Below are positions 37,408 to 50,392 of a stretch of 64,000 nucleotides of DNA, one piece after another (position 1 is the first letter of the stretch; each line of letters begins with the position of its first letter). The notes below the pieces were generated by a model. It did not search any database. It saw only the letters and a list, made by a program, of their open reading frames with translations, and was not told the origin of the DNA. A program made the position numbers and the translations under genes. The DNA is from Eledone cirrhosa (Eukaryota): positions 31,186,001 through 31,250,000 of the forward strand of contig OZ024746.1 in NCBI GenBank assembly GCA_964016885.1, given 5' to 3'.

Positions 37408-38192
37408 CAAATGTCTAACCTTGTCACACACTTATCACACTGATCATCATCATCATCACTGTTTAACAGCAATTTTTCCATGCTAGCATGGGTTAGACAA
37501 GTTATCCTCGGGTGACCATGTCATGCTCATACAGAACCGATTTGGGCTTGGTTTCTACAGCTGGATACCCTTCCTAGTGCCAACCTCATTTACAGTGAGT
37601 ATTGGGTGATTTTTGCCATGGCACGTATACAACCAACCACTGTGCAGTATAGGCTGGAGGCTTCACTGGAAGTAACTTCAGCTTGTCGTCATGGGAGATG
37701 TATGGGAGTGGGTGGCATGGTGAATACTATGTTAAGGGTACACATATCTGTGGAATGCTCAGCCACTTACATGTTAATTTCATTAATATGTTGTCCTGTT
37801 GATCAAACAACTGAAATATTTATCATAGATTTATATTGTTGTTTAGCCATAGGTTAGTCTTGAATAAGCAGATCCATGTGTCACAAGACATGCCATCTCC
37901 AGAGCAGGACAGCTGAAACTAAACTCCCAGTACCTTAAAACTAACTCAATATGGTGTATAAAACATGATCACCTCTGCTGAACTGACTCCTCACCTATGT
38001 GGTTCTAGGTTAAATATTGCTAGAACAGAGACCCCAGTACTTTAAAACTGACTTGATATAAACTGTGCCACGCAATCACTTTTGCTGAACTATCTCCCCT
38101 CCTATGCTTCCTCATGTTTTTTGTAGTGTGTGATCGTCATCATCTTTGTTTTTACATCCATTTTTCCAAGCTTGCATAATATATATATATAT

Positions 38193-38430
38193 AAGAAAAA
38201 AAGATGAAATCGAAAATGCACTGGAGTCTTAATTTAAAAAAAATATATATATTTATTTGGTTCCTTTACCAGTTTCGCAGTTGTTGTGCTTTTCAAAAGT
38301 AGAGTTGAGATGGAGGGTCTGTAGTTTTTCTCTCTGAGATGTGAGAAAAACCACAGACTTTCCATCTCAACTCTACTTTTGAAAAGTAGAAGAACAGTTG
38401 CATTTTCGATTTCATCTTTTTTTTGTTTCC
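38193..38430. repeat. Nested inverted repeats
   Basis: Inner CTTTTCAAAAGTAGAGTTGAGATGGA / TCCATCTCAACTCTACTTTTGAAAAG; outer AAAAAAAGATGAAATCGAAAATGCA / TGCATTTTCGATTTCATCTTTTTTT. Confidence 0.9.
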
Positions 38431-38698
38431 TTATACTTTCACTCATGTAGGACACCTCGGTTATTTTTCATTTTGTAAAAAAAACCTCACTTTCTAATAA
38501 TATATATATATATATATAGAAGTGGTAACACAACAGTTAGTTCACCATATATATATATATATATATATAGATATATATATATATATACATAGTCTGGAGC
38601 TAGCTGTTGAAATGGCAAGATAGTCACACTCTACTATCCCAAGTATTGAGTACTCTGTTGAATAATCGTCTAACTAGTTTAAAACTGGTTTAATCCTG

Positions 38699-38741
<43 letters not shown>

Positions 38742-39713
38742 CCCATGCTAGCATGGAAAAATGGACATTACATGGTGATGATTATATAATGGGCTTCCAC
38801 ACAGTTTCTGTCTACCATATCAAATTTCCCCTCACATAGCATTGGTGAGTCCAAGGTTATATTAGAAGACATCCACGGTACTGTGTAGTGAGTCGGAACT
38901 TGAAACCACCCAGTTGCAAAGCCAACACCTCCATCAGTAATTACACAAAAAAAAATGTTCTTAATATTCCTTGTTGAAATGGCAGGAGGGGTGGCCTAAT
39001 ATGCCATCAAATACAATACTAATGGTATTAATGGTATTAACAGTACTAGCAGTGCTAACCATGACTAAACTTCCTGCTGTAATATCCTGCTGTAATATCC
39101 TGCTTACCACTTCAAAAATTGCAGCAGCTGTTAACTGCCAGGAAAGGAGTTTCCTGCTGGTTGCTATTAGAAACAGTTCTTATAATCTCTTCAATAATAT
39201 TATGAAGAGTGATTTCACAAGAATTACATCTCCAGGAAACCATTTATGGCAGTGTAATGCTGACCTAAGCTCACTAGTTCTTCAACTTAATCCCATCCTA
39301 GATTTTGTCAAGTTTCTAAGAATATAAAATTACACCTTAGATATTTTAGTTGGTGGAAAACAATTTTAAACCCAGAACAAAATTTCTCCTTGGAAACCTC
39401 TACAGACAAATTGGTTGTATCAGTCACAAGTGAGACTGCAATAGATGGTGGGGGACAGGCCTGCTTCATAAATCTTTGGAAGCAAAGTGAAGCAAGGAAG
39501 TAATATTGTGTGTATCCAGTTTAGAATAGATGCACTGTATTTTTGCATGGTCTAAGAAATGACTAAAAGAGTTGGTATGTGTATATTATCATCTTCGTTT
39601 AATGTCCATTTTCCACACTAGCATGGGTTAGACATGTCGTCCTATTTGAGATAAGTTGGGTCAGGTGCCTGTGTCTTACTCGTATGGGACAATATATATA
39701 TATATATATATAT

Positions 39714-40049
39714 ATCATCATTTCATTTTACGTCCGCTTTTTCCCTGCATGCAAGGGTGGGACGGGAACTGATTCTGGCTTGATTTCTACAGCTGGTTGC
39801 CCTTCCTAACACCAACCTCATTTACAGTGAGTGCTGGGTGCTTTTTTGCCGTGGCACCTCCACGACCACTTTGCAGTAGATTGATAGGGACCCCAGTCCC
39901 TATCATCTCATTTCTACAGCTGAGTAAACTGGAGCAATGTGAAATAAAGTGTCTTGCTCAAGGAAACAACACATCACCCGGTCTGAGAATTGAACTCACA
40001 ACCTTTCGATTGCAAGGCCAATGCTCTAACCACTAAGCCATGTGCCTCC
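39714..40049 (-). mobile_element. tRNA-derived SINE with RTE tail (copy of 5894-6233)
   Basis: Near-identical reverse complement; ORF track 39797..40036 is nearly the same as 5907..6146. Confidence 0.92.
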
Positions 40050-40341
40050 ACATATATATACACATACACACACACACATACACACATTACATATTAAACT
40101 GTGCACTAAGCAGTTAAAATTCATATCTGAACAAACACTACAGGTTTTTAACAGTAGCTGCGAGAAATAACTATGTAAACACACACGCTGCTACATTTAA
40201 GCATGTGAAGATGCCTTGTTTATGTGTTTCTCTATAGATTGGAAAAAAACAAACATCTTGGCTTGAGTTTCATCACAAACTATGTACATTCTTCACACTC
40301 CACAAAGAAATACACAACAAAAGACTTTATATACTATGCTG

Positions 40342-40992
40342 CATCATCATGATCATCATCCTCGTTTAACGTCCAGTTTCCAGGCTAGCATGGGTTAGAC
40401 GGGAGTTGTCCCACTTGAGGCAAGGCTGGTCGGGTGACCGTGTCTCGCTCATATAGGACTATCTGGCAGGTTTTCTACAGCTGGATGCCCTTCCTAACAC
40501 CAACCACATTTACAGTGTGGAACTGGGAACTTTTTACCGTGTTACCTACACAACCACATTACAGCGTGGACTGTGTGTTTTTTTCTCATGACACCTACAC
40601 GATCTCGATCTCATTTATTTGGACTGGATGTTGTGGTACCAACTTTATAGAGAGGGGGTGGTGTTGGTGGGAGTGGGAGGATAGAGTAGGGGTAGTGGAT
40701 TGGGGTGTATATTTGGTTAAGAGGTGCCTACTGATTGTAGGTTTCGCTTTGTACATAGGCAAGGCGGGTCTTCTGTATTACTGCGTAGCGCCAAAGATCT
40801 CAGTCCAGTGACATTGTCTTAGAGAGGTGCAAGTGTGTAAGGTCGGAATTTATCAGATCGTCCCAGGTTTTTCTGGGTCTACCTACTCCGTAACTACCAT
40901 CAATTTTGATTGCCCTGCACTTTTTTATAGAGCTGTCGTCTTTCATGCGCATCACGTGGTCATACCAACGTAGTCTTCTCTCGAGTAAACAT
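40342..40992 (-). mobile_element. RTE LINE 3' end, same family as 1485-3141
   Basis: LLERRLRWYDHVMRMKDDSSIKKCRAIKIDGSYGVGRPRKTW; colinear 3'UTR. Confidence 0.92.
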
Positions 40993-41423
40993 GTGTGTAT
41001 ATACACTGTACTATACTGTACTTTGTGTGTGTGTGTGTGTGTGTATGTGTGTGTGTGTATGTGTATGTGTGTGTGTGTGTATAAAATAAAGTACCTCCGA
41101 AATATATCTAATAAAACATATATTTTGATTATGTGAACGTCTTCATTTATTAATATTTTGAATAATATATATATATATATATATATATCATATTATATTT
41201 AAAGTTTAAACTCAAACAGTCATTTACAATATATGTTTTATTAATATATATTAACTTGTATATATATATATATATGTTTATCCCAAGTTCAATCGGGGGT
41301 AATCACAGTAAGTAAGGTATTCAATACATAGCAGAGTATAAATATTAAATATAGAAATGGCTTCTACAGGACTGTTTCATTCTAGTCCTGTAGAAGCCAT
41401 TTTTGTATTAAATATATATATAT

Positions 41424-42592
41424 TCTAGCAGTGTTTCCCGGCGTTGCACAGCTAAGAACATTGGTAATAACACCTCCAATGAGAAACGTTTATTTGTGAG
41501 TTCCTGTTAAAAACTCGCGAAAATATACCGACAGGAAACTTGTTTTATTTGGAGAAAATTAAGAAGTTGAAAGTACAGTTTAGCTGTCTATGTGCATTGT
41601 TCATAGAAATATTGTTGAGCCCCTTCTTTTCATACTCCTCTGTTTTGGCCTTTTGGAGTAAATGTGAAAGAGAAAGTCACAGGTTAAGTTGGCAGAAGGT
41701 TCCAGTGTCATAGCATTAAGGCATAGACTACTTACCTCAAAAGTTCATTTGCACTCTTTCCACTAAGTTTTCTCTCTATCTCTCTCTATTCCTCTCAGTG
41801 CAGTCCCTTGCGAATTTCTCGCGTAGGCCTGGTGTAGATTTGCACCCGATCCATCTGCCCGATGCACATGTCCGCTTTGTACGGCTTTTGGAGGAAGGAG
41901 TGACTAGCAGTACGTTGTTCGGTATTATTACAAAAAGGTGTAGCAGAGAATCCCACGTGAACTAACAGCTCGGGGGGAAACTGCTTACCTCGAAGATTCA
42001 TTTGCCATCGTTCTTGTCAATGCTCCGTTTAGTTGGTATTTGTTGGTCTACAGTTAGATGAATGGCGTACAAAGGGTTAATGTTTATTGGCAAGAAGTGC
42101 AACTGGGTTGGCTTGCCTTGCTTATATTATATATTAAAATAACAGATTAAAGTTTAAGCAAAGAATCGCTGGTTTCACCCTTAATGGGATCTTCTGAAAC
42201 TAAAAACATCAATCTGTGAACACAAGTAAATATTTCAAAAAACGTTGCAACCGAAGGAAAACAGGAAGACGATACTTTGGTTCGTGAAGACGTTCCCTGG
42301 CAATGAATGGAAAATAGCGAACATAATACATCATCAATATTTGTCAGAATGTCGTAATGCAGACAGCCAGGCATACAGATATTATAAGGGTGCGACGGAG
42401 ATGGATAACCGGCGTCTAGCACCCCTTTAACAATAGAAAATTGAAAAATAAAAGTTGCAGTTAATATCTTTAGACTGCAAGGAATATATAAATGCAAGTT
42501 TGAAAGTCAATCGGAGTAGAAATGTAGATTTGTATAGACTTTGCAAAAATGACGACACACACGCACAGACAACTACAGTTTTATATATATGT
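41424..42592 (+). mobile_element. Possible non-autonomous Helitron-like element in (TA)n
   Basis: 5' CTAGCAGTGTTTCCCGGCGTTGC and 3' ...AATCGG...ACAGACAACTACAGTTTTATATATAT resemble the ends of invertebrate non-autonomous Helitron-like repeats; CpG-rich interior. Confidence 0.5.
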
Positions 42593-42609
42593 ATATATAT
42601 ATATATATA

Positions 42610-43325
42610 TGGTCAGGTCTCTGCTTGCTACTGGTACAATGTAGCCCAGTACAAACTATTTCATGGTCATGTGGTCAGCAACTAAACCAGCTTCCTCACA
42701 AGGCACAGATCCGTGAGGAAGTTAGTGGAAAAACAAACAAGGGCTGTCAAAGGGTGGATGAATGCCACAGAGTCAAATAGCCTCACCAACCTGCAATTGG
42801 CCAAGTGTGGTGGGTATGGCTGCCCTGACTGGAGAGGTTAAACTCCATGACAATAACACATGCAATCCTCGTAACTGTCCTGTTATCCTCCCTTGGCTTG
42901 TCATTGGACACATAGCTGTGGGGTTGGAGTGGGTGCTATGTGTGTAGCACAAGCATGTAGCATTGCCATCTTTATGTGCAGATATTTCTTCACAAGTCTT
43001 ACAACAGTAGAGGAGAGGCAATGTGTGCAGACTCGACTGGTTAAAAAAACATAGTCACAAATCTAGATGTGGGCAGCTCGAGTCTTATCCTAACATCGCT
43101 GCACTGTTAATCAGAACAGCAACATGCTTCAGTGAAGTCTTGAGCATCTGAGCAGTGTTTTTTGGGGATGCATGCTCACTCATACCACATGGGAAGGATC
43201 TAGAAAAGGTGACCTAAACAAAGCCTGTTGAGTCATCAAACTGGCCAACAGCCTGTAGTTGGCAGTAGTTCATAATGGCAGGGAATTGGTTGAAGGCATG
43301 GATGTCTTCTGTAAAGAAGTGACCA
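42610..43325 (+). mobile_element. Dispersed repeat resembling an RTE/BovB-type 5'UTR
   Basis: Homology with 9070-9160; GGGAAGGATCTAGAAAAGGTG motif; flanked by (TA)n. Confidence 0.4.
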
Positions 43326-43580
43326 TCATATATATATATATATACAGTATATATATATATATCATACTGTGTATATCCAGTTTAGAATAGGTAGGTACAC
43401 TGTATTTATGTGTATATTATTAGAGATGACTGCAATGGTAGTGCAAGGAAGGGTGAGCATATGGCTGTAAAACATTGCCTTAAAAAGACTCCTAGGTCAG
43501 TCTGAATTCTGTCATTGTGTCACACAAGGCTAACTCCTGCTTTAAAAGGGACAATGACCTTATAAGGCTTCTGTTAAAAG

Positions 43581-43797
43581 ACAGCTTGTCTTGTGTTATT
43601 TGCCATACTGCCATGGGTTATACAGCTTGTCTTGTGTTATTTGCCATACTACCATGGGTTATATAGCTTGTCTTGTGTTATTTGCCATACTACCATGGGT
43701 TATATAGCTTGTCTTGTGTTATTTGGCATACTGCCATGGGTTATACAGCTTGTCTTGTGTTATTTGGCATACTGCCATGGGTTATACAGCTTGTCAT
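43581..43797. repeat. 41-bp minisatellite (~5 copies)
   Basis: CAGCTTGTCTTGTGTTATTTGCCATACTGCCATGGGTTATA unit. Confidence 0.92.
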
Positions 43798-43930
43798 GGT
43801 CTGACACAACATAGATTAGATTAACACATCTTTCTGTTTTCAGTCAGACTAGAAACCAGCATGACATGTTAACGATGGTAACTGTATGTCTCTCACCACA
43901 ACAACACCAGCAACACAGCCACAGTGTATG

Positions 43931-43971
<41 letters not shown>

Positions 43972-43973
<2 letters not shown>

Positions 43974-44220
43974 GATATTAACAAATGGAAACTATATTTA
44001 TAAAACCATATTTATTTCATTATACATATTTCAAGGACACCAAGTTAAATTATGGTGTGCTTTCATCAGATAAAATATAATATAGAGCAGTTTTATAAAT
44101 AAATATTGACATACCCTTAAAGAATGCAACCATTACTGTTGGAAGCTCCCGGATAGTGGAGTTGTAGCTTTAATTATACTATTAGGTAAGTTAGTATTGG
44201 ATATTTTTAAATAAGCCATT

Positions 44221-44284
<64 letters not shown>

Positions 44285-44683
44285 GAGCAGAACAACAGAG
44301 AGAAAAAAAAGAGAGAGAGGAGAAAGAGAAAGGAGAGAGAGCGAAAACTCTAAGTCAAATCTTGTTGAATTATCTTAACATTTGAGATGAAATGAATAAA
44401 TAAAATTTGAAATGTTAATAATCATGAATGGAAGATACATGTATAATATGAGAAATTTAACCATTGTTTAAATATGATTACATGTTTAGTTAATCAGTTA
44501 AAATATTGAGATCCAACGGCTTATTTTACGTTAATGCTTATTACGTCAATGCTTATTTATAAAACTGATATATATTGTATTTTGTCTGATGAAGGCATAC
44601 CATAATTTAACTTGGTGTCCTTGAAATATGTATAATGAAATAAATATGGTTTTATAAATATAGTTTCCATTTGTTAATATCGT
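43972..44683. repeat. ~140-bp inverted repeat pair (43972-44110 / 44545-44683), each arm with a hammerhead-like motif
   Basis: Arms are reverse complements; TTTTGT-CTGATGA-AGGCATACCA...TGGTGTCCTT-GAAA-TATGTA-TA-ATGAAA. Confidence 0.85.
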
Positions 44684-44929
44684 ATTTTTACTCCAATTAT
44701 TTGTTGAGTGCTTTATATCAGTTATAAACATATTTGCTTGTTGTATCCCAACAATTTAAATAGAACTTTTACATATATATATATATATATATATTTTTAA
44801 AAAAAGGTGTTTTACTGTCAACGTTGCTAAAATATTGATTATTTCTGAGAAACAATGTTGTGTGATTGTTTTTAACAGAGATAGGGAGAGGGTAATAGGA
44901 TTAGTTTAAAAGATACAACATAACATACA

Positions 44930-45235
44930 CAAGAAGGAGAAGAAAAAGAACAAGGAGAACAAGAAAAAGAAGGAAAAGAAGAAGGAAAGGAAGAAGAAAA
45001 GAAGGAAAAGAAGAAGAAAAGAAGAAAAAGAGGAAAAAGAAGAAAAGAAGAATAAAAAGAAGAATAAAAAGAAAAAGAAAGAGAAGAAAAAGAAAAAGAA
45101 GAAGAAGAAGAAGAAGAAGAAGAAGAAGAAGAAGAAGAAGAAGAAGAAGAAGAAGAAGAAGAAGAAAGAGCAGAAGAAGAAAGAGCAGAAGAAGACGACG
45201 ACCAAGTGGAAGAAGAAGAAGAAAAGAAGAAAAAA
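44930..45235. repeat. (GAA)n polypurine tract
   Basis: Direct reading. Confidence 0.95.
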
Positions 45236-46219
45236 GAGAGTTGCTTGAATGAGGAAGGAAATGACTCAAACATTTATCTATACAGGTGGTGTATGTGGTT
45301 GAGACTAGATGCAGCAGATTTTGCATGCATAAACAGATGTTTGGCTGCAGTTATTGCTGCTAAACACCAGCATGCACATTGTTGCATCACAAGCAGGTGT
45401 ATGCATTATGGGATAAAATTAAATTTGGAAGTGGTGGTCGTCTGTAAAAAGGTTTTCTGTAGCAATCTAGGGGGCAGGTTGGTGGTGGGGTGTATTTCTA
45501 TAAAACAAAAATATAAAAAATTAATACGATGAATACCAACAAATGTGTGTGTATGTATATGTATGGTCATGTGTGTCAATATTAGTGTGCATGTGTTGTA
45601 TATGTATATATGTGTGGATGTGTATGCGTAAGTGTGCATGTGTATGTTTGTGTGTGCATGTATATTTGTGTGTTTGCATGTACGTTTGCGCGTATGCATG
45701 TATGTTTGTGTCACACAAACATACATGCATACACACAAATTGTGTGTATGCATGTACGTTTGTGTGTGTATGGTGTATATATATGTGTGCATGTATATGT
45801 GTGTGTGTGTGTATAGATATATATATATATATGTAGGAGGCGAGTTTTATTGTAGTACAATAAAGCAATGCAGATATCGGATAAGAAGCACTCTACAGTG
45901 CTAAATAAAATATTTTTTCCTCGCACATATCCTCCCTTCGTTAATTTTCAAAATTTTTAATTTATACAGTATCTTCCAACGGTTTTCAACCCCTCTATGT
46001 AAAAAATATATCTCCTCTCAGTTATAAAAACTATCTCTTTCTCTCTATCACCCATCTCTCCCTCTCATCTCCTTCCCTTTTCATCCTCCCCCCCCCCCCC
46101 CTCTCTAAATAAAATATTTTTCCCAATATCACACATCAATCTAAAACCACTTTTCATATGTTGATTTAAAACTGCACTATCAACAAGTGTTTTTTTAGCC
46201 TTCATATCATGTTCTCCTG

Positions 46220-46286
46220 TTTTATCTGATGAAAACACAAATATTATTGCTTGATGATGTTTGTTTTTGAAATGCGCATAATAAAA
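46220..46286 (+). ncRNA. Minimal type I hammerhead ribozyme motif, copy 1
   Basis: Stem I TTTTAT/ATAAAA, CTGATGA, long stem II, GAAA, palindromic ATGCGCAT, cleavage triplet AUA. Confidence 0.7.
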
Positions 46287-46416
46287 TATATGGAACTCCT
46301 TTAACCATCTTTTGATCTTATATTATATATATATATATATATAGAAGTGGTTACACAACAGTTAGTTCACCATACCGAGAACAATTGTTTCGCCTTAGCG
46401 GATCCTCATCTCGTAA

Positions 46417-46447
<31 letters not shown>

Positions 46448-46627
46448 GTCTCAGGAAGACAGTGCGACAGATCAGGGATTTCAAGACGAGAAATAGGTAG
46501 TGACATAACTACTACTTGCTAGTCGATATATCGATTTACCATGACCAATCAACCCTCTGAAATGATCGTAAAACAATGAACTAATTAAGAACCTATCTTC
46601 GACTTCTGCTTTATTTTCATTGTTCAA

Positions 46628-46675
<48 letters not shown>

Positions 46676-46685
46676 CTTATATATG

Positions 46686-46718
<33 letters not shown>

Positions 46719-46873
46719 TCTTTACTCTCATCTCCTCCTCTTCCTTACCTTTTCCAACCCCCCCCCCACTCACTTTTTCCCAATCTCATACATCAATCTT
46801 AAATTATTTTTCATATGTTAATTTAAAACTTCACTATTCACAAGTGTTTCTTTAGCTTCATATCATGTAGCCC

Positions 46874-46944
46874 TATTTTATCTGATGAAAACGCAAATAT
46901 CATCCCATGATGATATTTGTTTTTGAAATGCGCATAATAAAATA
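46874..46944 (+). ncRNA. Minimal type I hammerhead ribozyme motif, copy 2
   Basis: Stem I TATTTTAT/ATAAAATA, CTGATGA, stem II AAACGCAAATATCATC-CCAT-GATGATATTTGTTTTT, GAAA, ATGCGCAT, AUA. Confidence 0.75.
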
Positions 46945-46974
46945 CTTGGAACTCTTTTAACCATCTTTTGATTT

Positions 46975-47036
<62 letters not shown>

Positions 47037-47285
47037 GACTCTGCAGCTCGAGTAGAATCTTTGAAGGAACCTTACGCAATGAGAGCCTGCTACAAAAACT
47101 ATAGCTCTCACCGCTTAATCTCGTTGAGACCATCTCTTCAAGGTTGCATTGAGTTCTAACAACGTTATAGGCCCCACCATATATATATCTTTCGTTAACT
47201 ACTTTTCCCATCTTGACGTTATAGTCGCATATATGTTATAGAATGCCGTTAGCTTCTTGCTAAAACAATCTCTATACGTCTCATT

Positions 47286-47326
<41 letters not shown>

Positions 47327-48610
47327 CGGTGTGTGTGTGTCCAACCCATGCCAACTTGAAAACCAGGTTGTATTGTTTATCAGATGAATTAATTAGAGAG
47401 GGGAGAGGGAGAATGAGAGAGGAACGAGAGAGGAACGAGAGGTGAGGGTGAGAAAAGAGAGAGAGAGGGGGAAACGGAACGAGAGGGAGGGAGCAAGGTG
47501 GGCGACAGGGGAGAGAGGGTGGAGAGAGATTGGGAGTGAAGGTGTGTGAAAGGGGTGAGTAAAAAGAGGGGAGGGGGGAGAGAGTGTGGCGTCTAACACA
47601 CGGGAAGCAGCAGAACTCAAGAAAAAGAACTACAACACCAACAACAGCAATAACAACAACCACAATAACAACAACCACAACAACTACAACGACAATTACA
47701 ACTATAACCACAACGACAATCACAACTACAACAGCCATAATAACAACAACGCCAATCACAACAATGATGACAACCACAACCACAAAAACGACAACAACAA
47801 CGAGAAGAAAGTGTTGAATGCTGACCAAATGTAAAAGGTTCTGTCTGTGAGATGATGTAGAAATATGATATTTTATAGCAAATAATAATTCTATTACTCT
47901 AGTCTATTACGTGTTCAACCATTGATCAACAACAACAACAACAATGGCTTGTAATTTGAACACAAGGCCAGTAATTTGGGAGAAAGGTGAACAGTTGATT
48001 ACATCGACCACATTATATCACTGGTACTTCTTCCCCCTCGGAAAGGATGCGAGGCAAAAATTGATGGTGACAACATTAATATAGCATCATTAAATTGGAT
48101 TGTTCTCCTGTGTTGTTGTTCCTCGTTGACACCTCTTACAGAGGGAGAAGAAAGAGGGAGTGGAGGGACAGACAGACAGCGAGAGAGAGATGGGGGGAGG
48201 GGTGAGATGGAGAGAGTGAGATAGGAAAGTGAGAGTGAGATAGGGAAAGAGAGAGCTAGTAAGGGACGGAGGGAGAGGTAGAGAGAGAGCTAGTAAGGGA
48301 CGGAGGGAGAGAGAGTGAGGGAGACAGTAAGAGAGAGAAAGTGAGGGAGACAGAAAGAGAGAGAGTTAGGGAAAGAGAGACATTGAGAAAGAGCTTGTTT
48401 GGAAAAGAGAGATATTGAAAGAGAGAGAGAGAGAGTTAGGGAAAGAAAGAGAAAGCGAGAGAGAGGTTTATTTAATGTTTCAACAAAGCAGGTATATTTA
48501 CACAACACTTGTATTTAACAACCTCACTGTTTAATTTAAAGGACAAATATTTTAGGACACAGTGTACAGGTTTCAATGTGTACAGGTGTGTGTGTACAGT
48601 TATCACTGTG

Positions 48611-48644
<34 letters not shown>

Positions 48645-48814
48645 CAGGTCTCACTGTATGTGTGTGTGTGTACAGAGCTCACTGTGTGTGGGTGAGTGTG
48701 TACAGAGCTCACTGTGTGTGGGTGAGTGTGTACAGGTCTCAGTGTGTACAAGTCCCACTATCCGTGTGTGTGTGTACATTTGTGTAATGTGCATGAATAT
48801 AAGTGTACCTGTGA

Positions 48815-48849
<35 letters not shown>

Positions 48850-48860
48850 GATATATATAT

Positions 48861-48906
<46 letters not shown>

Positions 48907-49059
48907 GTGTGTGTACATTTATGCATAATTATCATCTCATCGTTTTACGTCCGTTTTTCCACACCTGCATGGGTTGGACGGAGGGGTAGTATATATGCAT
49001 ACATGTGTATATATATATAGATATGAGTGCATAATTGTGTTTATATATGAGTGTGTGTG

Positions 49060-49108
<49 letters not shown>

Positions 49109-49298
49109 TTATATATGTGTGTGTATATATATATATATAAATATGAGTGTATAATTGTGTGTATATATGAGAGTGTGCGTATGTGTATATATATATATAT
49201 ATATACACACACTTATATGTGTGTGTGTGTGTGTGTATATGTATATATATATATATATATTTCGTTTCTGAATTTGCAACATGACCCTCCCAAAGTAT

Positions 49299-49340
<42 letters not shown>

Positions 49341-49412
49341 TTATATATGTGTGTGTATATATATATATATATAAATATGAGTGTATAATTGTGTGTATAT
49401 ATGAGAGTGTGT

Positions 49413-49465
<53 letters not shown>

Positions 49466-49739
49466 CACACACACACTCATATATAAACACAATTATGCAC
49501 TCATATCTATATATATATACACATGTATGCATATATACATATGTGTGTGTATGTATGAGATCGCACCTGATCAGGTATGTAATGTTGAAAACATGACTAT
49601 AGCACAAATTTCTTAGATTACCTTCAAACATACACACATCTAACTACTACTAACAATAGTACTACTACTACTACTAACACTGATACCGCTACAACTACTA
49701 CAAATACAAATATTCACACACACACACACACACATATAT

Positions 49740-49778
<39 letters not shown>

Positions 49779-49849
49779 GGTGTCCCCCAAAAATGTATAC
49801 ATACTGATTACCTGTTCAGGCAATATTTATTAGAATGCACATGAGTGTG

Positions 49850-49896
<47 letters not shown>

Positions 49897-50159
49897 CGGC
49901 TCTGCACTCTGTGTTCAAATCCCACCAAGGTAAACATTGTCTTTCAGTCTTTTCAGGTCAATAAATAAAGTACCAGTCATGTAGTGGAGTCAATTCTTGC
50001 TCTGTATCTCCTTTTTACTTCCTCTCTTTTGCTTTCTCTCATTCTCTCCTTCTCTGGAAGACATTGACTGTGTTCAGACCTGGAGAGGAAATGGGTTCCA
50101 CCAGCTTTAAAATCTCCAAGAAATGGCATATGTCACTACGGTACCCTAACAACTCCACG

Positions 50160-50357
50160 TGTAGGTGTCATGACAAAAAGCACCCAGTACTCGCGCTATA
50201 TGTGGTTAGCATTAGGAAGGGCATCCAGCCATAGAAACCAAGTCAAAATTGGTTCTGTATGAGCAAGACATGGTCATCTGGCCTCGACTTGCCTCAAATA
50301 GGACAACCCATTTAACCCATGCTAGCGTGGAAAATGGATGTTAAACAGTGATGATGA

Positions 50358-50362
<5 letters not shown>
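50160..50362 (+). mobile_element. RTE 3'UTR/tail fragment (similar fragments at ~14560-14710, 37440-37620, 53770-53945)
   Basis: TTAGGAAGGGCATCCAGCC...AACCCATGCTAGC.TGGAAAA..GGA.GTTAAA..(ATG)n. Confidence 0.75.

Positions 50363-50392
<30 letters not shown>

Noticed and set aside
49775-49810. TACAGGGTGTCCC Tc1/mariner-like TIR start
   Set aside because: No matching second TIR found nearby
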